Part shown: positions 51,442-59,861 of the stretch, one piece after another
Layout: each line of letters begins with the position of its first letter
Position numbering within the stretch: the stretch's first letter is position 1
Translations under genes and position numbers: made by a program
Assembly: GCA_020723325.1 (NCBI GenBank)
Contig: DYJD01000002.1
Coordinates: 159,629-223,628 of the forward strand
Direction of reading: 5' to 3'
Length of the DNA: 64,000 nt
Origin: Desulfosudis oleivorans
GTDB taxonomy: Bacteria; Desulfobacterota; Desulfobacteria; Desulfobacterales; SURF-7
Notes under the pieces: model-generated
Told to the model about the DNA's origin: nothing
Seen by the model: the letters and a program-made list of their open reading frames with translations, nothing else
The model's database searches: none

Positions 51442-51840
51442 TCACAGGGATTGCAGAATTTTTTGAACCAAATTTCCGTCCGCGGAAGCGCCGAAATGGG
51501 CCATGATGGGCCGCATGGCCTGCATCTTATTTTTAAATTGTGAAAAATCAATATGCTGCTCGATCCAGGCGCGGATCTCGGGTTCGCCGGCCATATGCGG
51601 CAGATAGCTCTCAATAATGCGGATATAATCCGAGTCAGCGGCCCCGCCGGAATGCTCCAGGGCTTCCTTTTCGGATTTGATCAGTTTTTTTAATACCTTG
51701 ATCACCTCATCATCCGCCAGCTCCTTGCGCTCCAAGCGACCCAATTCCCCCAAAATCACCCGAATGGTTTCACGCCGGGTCTCATCTTTGGCCTTGATGG
51801 CTGCGGTCAAATCCTTTTTGATGGTCTCTTGCAGTGTCAT
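51442..51840 (-). CDS. GatB/YqeY-domain protein
   Basis: MTLQETIKKDLTAAIKAKDETRRETIRVILGEL is the typical YqeY N-terminus. 132 aa. Confidence 0.8.
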   Translation of the reverse strand: MTLQETIKKDLTAAIKAKDETRRETIRVILGELGRLERKELADDEVIKVLKKLIKSEKEALEHSGGAADSDYIRIIESYLPHMAGEPEIRAWIEQHIDFSQFKNKMQAMRPIMAHFGASADGNLVQKILQSL

Positions 51841-51954
51841 GGTCCCTCCCTAAAAATAGATAACATATTTAATTTCTTGACCCAATCAGCTAAAAAGCGT
51901 ATTCTGCCATAAAATGTCGCATGCATCCTTCTGAAAAACAACCAACAGCAAAAT

Positions 51955-54771
51955 ATGTCCTTTTTTACTATACTAAAGGCCCGTTACTTTTTTCTGTTGC
52001 CCCTCTTGTCTTTTCTGCTGGCCTGGGCCGGCCGGCCTTGCGCCTTTGAGGCCATTGAAATAAATCGCGATTTTCAAAAAACAGCCATCAACCGACAGTT
52101 GTCCTATTGGATTGACCCCACCAATTCGCTGGATATCAGCACTATATCCTCCCCAGCCTTCAACCATCGTTTTACACCGGTCGATCAAAAAACCAGCTTT
52201 GGATATTCCCGGGCAACCTTCTGGTTTCAATTTACGACAAATAATTCGACTGTTGAGAACCAGCTCTGGTATTTGGAACACCAATATCCGGTTATTGACG
52301 AAATCGACTTTTTCCAACCAGCCCCAGGCGGCTTTGAGGTTTTTCACAGCGGTGATCAGCGCCGGTTTTCGCAACGTCCCATCCAATATCGCACAACGGT
52401 TTTCCCCGTCAATAACCCCCCCGGACGCCAGACGTATTTTATCCGCATGAAATCAGGCGGCACCATGGCCATTCCGTTAACCGCCTGGCCGGCCGCGGCC
52501 TTTGAGCGCCACAAGAATTTCGACACGGCCTTCCAGTGGATCTACTATGGTATCATGCTGGCAACGATTTTTTACAACCTATTTATCTTTCTTTCCGTGC
52601 GGGAGGCAAGCTATCTTTATTTAATCTGGTTTATCATCTGCTCCTCCTTTTTTACCATGGCCCACAACGGTCTGGCCTATCAGCAATTCTGGCCGGACTC
52701 ACCGTATTGGGCCAATGTCTGTCATCCTTTTTTTGGTTTCGGTACCATTATCGGCCAGATATTTTTTGCGCGCGCATTCTTGGCGACCCGCCAAAATGCG
52801 CCGGTCTTCCACCGCTTGTTTCAACTCCTGGTTATGATCGGAAGCCTTCTGATCTTCACGCCTTTTGTGCTGGAGTATCGCTTTGCCACGCAATTTTCCG
52901 TCATCTATGCCGCCTTATGTTCCATATCCATGATCGTCGGCGGTGTTACCTTGCTGTTTAAGGGTTTGCGGCAGGCCCGCTTTTTCATTTCCGCCTGGTC
53001 AGCTTATTTTTGCGGAACCATCCTAATTGCTTTGAAAGCGTATGGGCTCTTACCCAATAATATCTTCACCGATTCCGGCATCCAACTTGGAATCGGATTA
53101 CTGGTTATCATTCTGTCCTTTGGTTTGGCGGATAGGATCAACACCATTCGGAAAGAGCGGGAAAAAGCCCTTGACAGTGTCCGGGTATCGGAAAGCCGCT
53201 ACCGCTTGCTGGCTGAGAACGTCCAGGACGTGATTTGGACAATGAATCTGCAAACCATGGGGATTGACTATATCTCGCCTTCGGTTACCCGTTTCCGCGG
53301 ATTCACGCCCCAGGAAGCCATGCAATTGAGTCTGGATGAAACCTTGACGCCGGAATCCAAGGCGATTGCGCTGGAAGTAATTGCAAAAGAAATCAACGCA
53401 GATCCTTCCGGCCAGGCAGATGGCAATCGTTCGCATACATTGGAATTGGAATATTATCATAAAAACGGTTCAACCTTATGGGCTGAGGTGACTACCAGTT
53501 TTTTGCGGGATCAAAACGGCTGTCTGACAGGCCTGGTGGGGGTTTCCCGGGATATTTCCGCCCGCAAAAAAGCGGAACATGAAAGAGCCCGGCTGGAATC
53601 CCAACTGCGCCAGGCCAGCAAGATGGAGGCCATCGGCACTTTGGCCGGCGGTATCGCCCATGATTTTAATAATATTTTATCCGCAATCATGGGTTATGTG
53701 GAAATTTGCCTGTATGAATCCGACCGGAAAAGCAAAACCGCCTTTCGGCTCCAGCGCGTGTTGTCGGCTTGCGAACGGGCCAAAGACCTTGTGCGCCAGA
53801 TTTTGACCTTCAGCCGCCAGGATGAACAAACCAGAAAGCCGGTTCATTTGAATTTGATCCTACGGGAAGTCCTAAAACTGATCAAAGCATCCTTGCCCGC
53901 CACCATCACCATCCGCAAGAAAATTGCCGGCGAACGTTTCATCGTCATGGCTGATCCCACCCATCTCCATCAAGTCATCATGAACTTATGCACCAATGCC
54001 GCCGATGCCATGGCAAAAAACGGCGGGATTTTGAGCATAGCCCTTGATTCAGTGGAAATCGACACTGAAACCGCTGCCCGGTATATGAAAGCCAACGCCG
54101 GGTTTTATGCCCGTCTGTCGATAAGCGATACCGGGCACGGTATTAAGCCGGATATAATAGAACGAATTTTTGAACCCTTTTTCACAACAAAAGAGCCGGG
54201 CAGAGGTACGGGTATGGGCCTGGCGATGGTACACGGCATCGTGACCAATCTGGGGGGAGTCATTTATGCCTATAGTGAACCGGACAAGGGTTCCACTTTT
54301 CACGTGCTTCTGCCGAAAATCATGGAGCCGCCGCCCCTTGAAAATTCCATGGAGATCTTGTTTGAAAAAGGGAGTGAACGCATCCTGTATGTTGACGATG
54401 AAAAATTCATTATCGACATGGCCGAAGAAATGCTCGGCAGCCTGGGATACCGCGTCACCATCACCCAAAGCAGCCTGGAAGCCCTTTCGATCTTTCGGCA
54501 AAACATGAATGGCTTCGACTTGATCATCACCGATCAAACCATGCCGGATCTCACCGGCATAAACTTGGCAAAGGCGATTGTTGCCGAGCGTCCGGATATT
54601 CCCATTATTTTATGCACCGGCTTCACGGATTTGATTGAACTTGAAAAAGTACAATCCATGGGTATCCGTTGCTATATTATGAAGCCCTACAGCAAAGCGG
54701 ATATTTCCAAGACCATCCGCCAGGTCTTGGATCATCGCCGCCTGGGAAACCCTGGGCACTTGGAATCCTGA
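51955..54771 (+). CDS. 7TMR-DISM-type hybrid sensor histidine kinase (extracellular DISMED2, 7 TM, PAS, HisKA, HATPase_c, REC)
   Basis: Signal sequence plus an extracellular beta-rich domain of about 170 aa, then seven TM helices, a PAS domain, H-box [41 protein letters not shown], and receiver [23 protein letters not shown]. Confidence 0.9.
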   Translation: MSFFTILKARYFFLLPLLSFLLAWAGRPCAFEAIEINRDFQKTAINRQLSYWIDPTNSLDISTISSPAFNHRFTPVDQKTSFGYSRATFWFQFTTNNSTVENQLWYLEHQYPVIDEIDFFQPAPGGFEVFHSGDQRRFSQRPIQYRTTVFPVNNPPGRQTYFIRMKSGGTMAIPLTAWPAAAFERHKNFDTAFQWIYYGIMLATIFYNLFIFLSVREASYLYLIWFIICSSFFTMAHNGLAYQQFWPDSPYWANVCHPFFGFGTIIGQIFFARAFLATRQNAPVFHRLFQLLVMIGSLLIFTPFVLEYRFATQFSVIYAALCSISMIVGGVTLLFKGLRQARFFISAWSAYFCGTILIALKAYGLLPNNIFTDSGIQLGIGLLVIILSFGLADRINTIRKEREKALDSVRVSESRYRLLAENVQDVIWTMNLQTMGIDYISPSVTRFRGFTPQEAMQLSLDETLTPESKAIALEVIAKEINADPSGQADGNRSHTLELEYYHKNGSTLWAEVTTSFLRDQNGCLTGLVGVSRDISARKKAEHERARLESQLRQASKMEAIGTLAGGIAHDFNNILSAIMGYVEICLYESDRKSKTAFRLQRVLSACERAKDLVRQILTFSRQDEQTRKPVHLNLILREVLKLIKASLPATITIRKKIAGERFIVMADPTHLHQVIMNLCTNAADAMAKNGGILSIALDSVEIDTETAARYMKANAGFYARLSISDTGHGIKPDIIERIFEPFFTTKEPGRGTGMGLAMVHGIVTNLGGVIYAYSEPDKGSTFHVLLPKIMEPPPLENSMEILFEKGSERILYVDDEKFIIDMAEEMLGSLGYRVTITQSSLEALSIFRQNMNGFDLIITDQTMPDLTGINLAKAIVAERPDIPIILCTGFTDLIELEKVQSMGIRCYIMKPYSKADISKTIRQVLDHRRLGNPGHLES

Positions 54772-54865
54772 CTTTATTAACAAACTATGGGGAGAAGAAA
54801 TGATAAAAATTAAAGCTTGTTCAAATTTTATAATCTAATAGGCTCGCTGAGAAAGGATATTGGCT

Positions 54866-55612
54866 ATGGCGCACACCATTCTATTGATATTGAATTGTCT
54901 ATTACTACTAACCGCCTGTTCCGGGCCGGGAGTCCTTCCGCAAAATCCCGGCAAAGGCCTGATTCCTTCCCAGGCCTTGATCGACATGCGCGGAAAAAAA
55001 ATCACGACGTTTATTGTGTTTGCGGCTGCCAAGGAATTTAAACAGCTCATCCCAGGAGAGACACTTGAAATTGTGACCGATCCATTTGCGGGCCTGGAAT
55101 CCGACCTGCAGGCCTGGTGCCGGATGGCCGGGCACAAATTCATTTCAGCGAAGAACGATGGCGTGTTCCAGCGGATTTATCTTCAAAAATCCGACAACCG
55201 ACCCAGGGCCAAACGTATGGCCTGGATCATATCCAATCCAGGCCTGGGCGAGCTATTGTCGCCCCTGGGTTTTGCATTGGCGGCGGCCTTGAGTGATTAT
55301 GAGGTCTGCCTCTTTTTCCAGGGGCCGGGTGTAAGAGTGCTGCAAAAAGGCTTTGAGGAAAAGCTGCCCGGCATCAATTACTTTTTCAGCGGGCTGGCCA
55401 GGGCGCAATTATCGGACATGGGTCATATCCCTCCGCAACAAAAACTGCAACAGTTGCGGGAACTCGGTGCAACCATCTACATTTGCGGGCCGTCCATGGA
55501 GGCTTTTGGCGTAGGGAAAAATGAATTGATCTTTGATGATATCATCATTGCGGAATATTTTACATTTATGGAAACGCTGGACCGTTCGGATATACAGTTT
55601 TACGTTCAATAA
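54866..55612 (+). CDS. lipoprotein fusing a Cys-less TusA/SirA-like domain to a DsrE/DsrF-like domain
   Basis: ATG 54866 (GAAAGGA RBS). Lipobox LLLLTACSG. LIDMRGKKITTFIV..GETLEIVTD..DLQAWCRMAGHKF is a TusA fold with the CPxP cysteine replaced. The C-terminal half (VCLFFQGPGV, IYICGPSM) is DsrE-like. Confidence 0.65.
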   Translation: MAHTILLILNCLLLLTACSGPGVLPQNPGKGLIPSQALIDMRGKKITTFIVFAAAKEFKQLIPGETLEIVTDPFAGLESDLQAWCRMAGHKFISAKNDGVFQRIYLQKSDNRPRAKRMAWIISNPGLGELLSPLGFALAAALSDYEVCLFFQGPGVRVLQKGFEEKLPGINYFFSGLARAQLSDMGHIPPQQKLQQLRELGATIYICGPSMEAFGVGKNELIFDDIIIAEYFTFMETLDRSDIQFYVQ

Positions 55613-55680
55613 AGTTTATATACTACAAACCAAGGCCTGACCATCAACCCAAATTACCGGAGCGCAGCGCCCCCTCCTCC

Positions 55681-55708
55681 CTTCGGTCTTCAGCCTTCAG
55701 CCTTCAGT
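55681..55708 (-). repeat. GCTGAAG-type heptamer array immediately after the FecR-domain gene stop
   Basis: The plus strand reads CTTCGGT CTTCAGC CTTCAGC CTTCAGT, which is ACTGAAG GCTGAAG GCTGAAG ACCGAAG on the coding (minus) strand. It lies 7 nt downstream of the stop. Confidence 0.8.
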
Positions 55709-55714
55709 CTTTTT

Positions 55715-56557
55715 TTATTCTTTCCCCACCGCCTCCACCTGGCTTTTAATCTTCTCATCCCGCAGTTTGTTCCAGCGCACCCAGTCGTTGTCATCTTCCT
55801 GATGAGAAAAATTAAAGGGCTTGCTTGGCGTTCCATCCGGCCGGATGTTGATCTGCTGCATGGATTTTAGGATCTGGTGCCATTCTTCGACCGACACGGG
55901 ACGAGGGCCGGGAATGGGACGAGGGCCGGAAATTGCTTGGGGGCCAGAACCCGGCTCAGCGCCCGCAGCCGGCTTGGCGTCCTTTAATTTCCGGAAGGCA
56001 TTGGTGGTTTCCTCGGCCTGGGCTTTGCTTTGCACCACAACTTCACCCAAATAGACCTTTACCACCGCCGAATTGTCCTGGTTGACATTCATGCGGTATA
56101 CCGTGCCGCGCACGCCGGCCACGGCGGTCTTGGTGCTGAGGGAAAAATGCCCGCGGTTGGAGAACAGGCGCGACACCTTGGCCCAGGCTTTTCCCAGAAT
56201 GACCCGCACCCGGATATCGCGCTTGCGGTCGGCCTTGTCCAGACTCACAGCTTCCAATTCAAAGGAGGTCTCTTCATCAAAGCGGATAAAACTGCTGTCC
56301 GGCAAGCGGATCTCAATACGCGCGCCTTTACCGGTGCGGATGCGCTCCCCTTGCTCCAGGGTGTCCCCCTGGGCCAGGTTGCGCAGGGTCTTACCCTCCT
56401 TTGATACGAGGGTCACCGGTCCGGATAGAAACGTAATCTCCGCCTTGCCGCCGGCCATCTTGACCACGGCGGTCTGATTGACCGCATTAATATTATACGG
56501 AATCAGGCTGAATACAATCACCCAGAATGCCGCGATCCATCCGTTTTTGCGATTCAT
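55715..56557 (-). CDS. FecR-domain periplasmic protein
   Basis: N-terminal TM/signal sequence. The FecR domain reads GKAEITFLSGPV..L.QGDTLEQGERIRTGKGARIEIRLPDSSFIRFDEETSFEL. Confidence 0.75.
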   Translation of the reverse strand: MNRKNGWIAAFWVIVFSLIPYNINAVNQTAVVKMAGGKAEITFLSGPVTLVSKEGKTLRNLAQGDTLEQGERIRTGKGARIEIRLPDSSFIRFDEETSFELEAVSLDKADRKRDIRVRVILGKAWAKVSRLFSNRGHFSLSTKTAVAGVRGTVYRMNVNQDNSAVVKVYLGEVVVQSKAQAEETTNAFRKLKDAKPAAGAEPGSGPQAISGPRPIPGPRPVSVEEWHQILKSMQQINIRPDGTPSKPFNFSHQEDDNDWVRWNKLRDEKIKSQVEAVGKE

Positions 56558-56575
56558 TCATTTCCTCCTTGGAAA

Positions 56576-57421
56576 TCAATCCATGGCGATCATTACTTTG
56601 CATTTTTTCAGAAAGGCCAGGTTTTCGGAAGTGCTGCGCAATTTGGCTGCGTCGGCATTGCTGATGACGATATCCGCCTTGCCGCTGCCTTCGGCCCGCA
56701 GGCCCTTGACCAATAACGGGTTATTGGCCACCCGGGTGTTTTCCATGGCGCCTTTCACATCCTTGGAATAACCCACCATGCCCTGTTGGACCGCGTTTTC
56801 CCGGCTGACATAGGTGGCGCCGTAGACTTCCTGACCGCCTTCATCCAGGATGCGCGGTGACATGGCCGGTTTGGCGTTCAATCCGCGGGCATCCACCACC
56901 AGCCCAGTATATGTGCCGGCCGACGCTGTTTCACCTGCGGGTATGGGGGGCGGCTCGGTTTTAATGGGTTCCACCTGTTTGATGTCCGTGGGCAACACTA
57001 GTTGGGAAAAGCCGCCGCCCATGTTCATTTCCATATAAACTTCTACTGTGCCGTCCTCCATGTATTGCGTCTTGGTGACCTGGGCGCCCCGGATCATGCC
57101 CTCCACCTGGGAATGGATGGTATCGTTGGTGAGCATGAAATTTTCCACGGTGGTACTGGATTGGATCTGAACACCCTTGACGATTTCCAGGAGATTTCGA
57201 AAAGCCACCACCCGGGCCGCGGTGATGGCCATGGGCCGGGCCTGGGGTTTGCCGTAGGACCATTCCGGCGGCGCGCCGATACCCACGGTGCGAATTATGC
57301 CGCTGCTCCAGTTGATGCTGCCGTTGTCCCTGTTCTCCACCAACTGGTCTTCTTCCGCGCAAATGCCGAGACCGGCGACTCCCAGCCACAAGGCAACGGC
57401 GATGATAACGAGACGTTTCAT
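56576..57421 (-). CDS. LPP20/FlgP-like exported protein
   Basis: Signal peptide MKRLVIIAVALWLGVAGLGICA. GIGAPP..ARPMAITAARVVAFRNLLEIVKGVQIQSSTTVENF is LPP20-like. Confidence 0.6.
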   Translation of the reverse strand: MKRLVIIAVALWLGVAGLGICAEEDQLVENRDNGSINWSSGIIRTVGIGAPPEWSYGKPQARPMAITAARVVAFRNLLEIVKGVQIQSSTTVENFMLTNDTIHSQVEGMIRGAQVTKTQYMEDGTVEVYMEMNMGGGFSQLVLPTDIKQVEPIKTEPPPIPAGETASAGTYTGLVVDARGLNAKPAMSPRILDEGGQEVYGATYVSRENAVQQGMVGYSKDVKGAMENTRVANNPLLVKGLRAEGSGKADIVISNADAAKLRSTSENLAFLKKCKVMIAMD

Positions 57422-57457
57422 ATCCTTCCCCTCCTTTGGTATATGCCCATGATTCGA

Positions 57458-58147
57458 TCAAACCGAGGCATTGAATTTGCGTTTTAATTTTTGCAGATCC
57501 AGAATTTGAATATGGTTGCCCGTCATCTGGATGATTTGCTTTTCCTTTAAAGTGCGCAGTTCCTTGTTAATGGACTCCCGGGTGGCGCCCACCATATCCC
57601 CCAGTTCCTTTTGGGTCAGGGGCAGATCGATATGGATGCCGTCCTCTGCTTTGCGGCCGTGGGAAATGGCCAGTTCCACCAGTTTTTTAGCCAGCCGGAT
57701 GGAGATGTTCAGGAAACAGGTGTCTTCCAGCATCTCGTCCGTGGAGCGCAAGCGCTTGGACAGCAGCGACAGGATGGCCTTGATGGCATTGATGTTGGAT
57801 TGCAGAAAGTGCAAAAAGTCCGTTCTGCGCAGCACCAACACTTCCGAGGCGTCTATTGCAATGGCGTCCGCCGACCGCGGCTCGCCGTCCAGCAGCGACA
57901 TTTCGCCGAAAAACTCCCCTTCCGGCAGGATGGTAACGATGATTTCATCCCCGATGCGGGATGGCAATACAATTTTAATGGTCCCGCGCCGGACAATATA
58001 CAGCGCCGTGCCCTCATCCCCTTTATGAAACAGGGTCTGGCCGGGTTTGAGGGACATGAGCCGTGTGGAGGCGCTGAGGGTGGTCAGGTCCGATTCCTCT
58101 AAATCAGCAAATATGGGTATTTGTTTGATGAGTTCAATGTTGCTCAC
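57458..58147 (-). CDS. Crp/Fnr-family cyclic-nucleotide-binding transcriptional regulator
   Basis: cNMP domain LFHKGDEGTALYIVRRGTIKI..GEFFGEMSLLDGEPRSADA. C-terminal HTH TQKELGDMVGATRESINKELRTLKEKQII. Confidence 0.9.
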   Translation of the reverse strand: MSNIELIKQIPIFADLEESDLTTLSASTRLMSLKPGQTLFHKGDEGTALYIVRRGTIKIVLPSRIGDEIIVTILPEGEFFGEMSLLDGEPRSADAIAIDASEVLVLRRTDFLHFLQSNINAIKAILSLLSKRLRSTDEMLEDTCFLNISIRLAKKLVELAISHGRKAEDGIHIDLPLTQKELGDMVGATRESINKELRTLKEKQIIQMTGNHIQILDLQKLKRKFNASV

Positions 58148-58220
58148 GGTCTTTAACCTCCGTTACGAATTTTAAGGCAGATCTCCCGCAAGTCTTCTTT
58201 AGCCTCTTTTTATAAAACCA

Positions 58221-59840
58221 TCAACTACGGAGCGCAACGATTTGAACCCCATAATAATAATATCTTAAAATTTCTCGATAATTCGACCCAAGTCCGGCCA
58301 TGTGTTTGGCCCCCCACTGGCTCATGCCCACCCCATGTCCGTATCCGCGACCCCTTAAAAGTATTCCTTTGCGATAGGGAATCATCTGAAACAAGGTGCT
58401 TTTCAATTTGGTTTCGCCCATGGTCATCCGGAATTGGCTGCCGGTAAACGGCCTCACGCCTTTATCCGAGACCACCAGAACCTTCATGTTTCGCCCTGAG
58501 CGCGACTTTCCCTGGGTCTTGAGCTGCGCCACTTGTCCTATTCGCAGCCCGCATTGGCGCAGGCGCCGGGCGACCTCATCATAGGACAGGAAATATTCCC
58601 AATCACCATTCAAAGCCGTAGCGCTGTACTGATCCGGAATGCCGCGCAGATAGGGGATCCGGGCGTTCCAGACATCGCCCGGATCTTCGGTGTGTCCGCC
58701 GCTGTTGGAATGATAATAGGCCGCGATCAAGCGGCCTTCATGGGTTATGACCTGGCCGCGGGTCTGATCCACGGCCTTACTGGTGCGCCGGTTCTCCATG
58801 GCCAGCCCGCCATAAACCTGGGAAGCCGTATCCGCCTCCAGATCGTAGGTTTTCTCGAAATTTCTTTCGCGCATATACAGGGCATAGGTCCGCGCCGCCA
58901 CAGCCTGGGCCATGAGGGCCTCCATGGGCCAATCCGCCGGCATTTCCGCCGGCATGACCCCGTAAAGATATTGTTCGGTGGAAATATGGTTGACGGCTGT
59001 CAGGCCGTTGTTTTCCACGGCGATCACAAAGGCCCCCCGAAAGGCGCGGCCGTTTACTTCCAAAACACTATTCGTTGATTCCAACCGAAAAGCGGCAGCA
59101 TTCATGATTTTTCCATTCACCGTCACCTGGCGGGCTTTAATGGAAAACAAAAGCGGTCCGCCACCCACATGAATCCGCTGCCGGTTTTCCTCCTGGGTGA
59201 CCGTGATGGTTTGCGCTGAACGGATTTTTATTTGATTCAAATTCCTGTGGGTCAGCACACGCAGAATGGCATCCGCCGTGGACATAGTCAAGGGTGTTTC
59301 CGGCACCGGCGCTGCAGGGGGCGGTACAACGGCAATGGCTTCTTGAGCCGGCGCGGCCATCAGCGGCGCGGCAATGTCGGCCCAGGCTGCCGCGGATTTA
59401 TAGCGGATGCTCTGGGGATAGGCCTGCATGTAACGTTTGAAAATTCCATGGGCTTTGGAATAGTCCTTTTGGTCAAAATAAATCACGCCGCTGCTTAAAA
59501 GCGCGTCCGCCGCGGCCGCGCTTTGGGGAAAATCCGCAAGCACGTTCTCATAATAAGTCAGGGCGATCTCTTTCTGATCCAGATAGGCTTCATAGGTCTG
59601 GCCGATGATGAGCAAGGCCCGGGCCTTGACTTCGGAATCCCGCTCATGTTCCACAATATCCTGTAGCCGGCCCAGGGCCTCCATGTACCAGCACTTGTTC
59701 AGCAGGGCCTCCGCCCGCCCCAGGGCCTCTGAATCATTGCCGGCCAGGGCAATCTCCGTACCCGCGCTGACGAACAACAGCCAAAGCGCTGCCTGAAAAC
59801 AAAGCGCCCGGACTGTTGTTGATGAATTAGGGCCGATCAT
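58221..59840 (-). CDS. SpoIID/LytB-domain protein with N-terminal TPR region
   Basis: Start ATG 59840 (TTG 59855 is possible), with a signal peptide. The N-half has TPR-like repeats. The SpoIID core reads LMAQAVAARTYAL and YHSNSGGHTEDPGDVW. Confidence 0.8.
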   Translation of the reverse strand: MIGPNSSTTVRALCFQAALWLLFVSAGTEIALAGNDSEALGRAEALLNKCWYMEALGRLQDIVEHERDSEVKARALLIIGQTYEAYLDQKEIALTYYENVLADFPQSAAAADALLSSGVIYFDQKDYSKAHGIFKRYMQAYPQSIRYKSAAAWADIAAPLMAAPAQEAIAVVPPPAAPVPETPLTMSTADAILRVLTHRNLNQIKIRSAQTITVTQEENRQRIHVGGGPLLFSIKARQVTVNGKIMNAAAFRLESTNSVLEVNGRAFRGAFVIAVENNGLTAVNHISTEQYLYGVMPAEMPADWPMEALMAQAVAARTYALYMRERNFEKTYDLEADTASQVYGGLAMENRRTSKAVDQTRGQVITHEGRLIAAYYHSNSGGHTEDPGDVWNARIPYLRGIPDQYSATALNGDWEYFLSYDEVARRLRQCGLRIGQVAQLKTQGKSRSGRNMKVLVVSDKGVRPFTGSQFRMTMGETKLKSTLFQMIPYRKGILLRGRGYGHGVGMSQWGAKHMAGLGSNYREILRYYYYGVQIVALRS

Positions 59841-59861
59841 GTGGACTCGCTTCAATCCCCA

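Noticed and set aside
50872-51445. Three overlapping minus-strand ORFs (136, 121 and 151 aa), plus similar ORFs at 16600..16785, 18418..18612, 33797..34090, 33679..33986 and 62068..62410, encoding GSGSxSxSGS / DTDSDPDPD / GAVREPPLR-type peptides
   Set aside because: They are translations of the hexamer/heptamer/REP repeat elements in several frames and on both strands. The low-complexity periodic peptides follow directly from the DNA periodicity.
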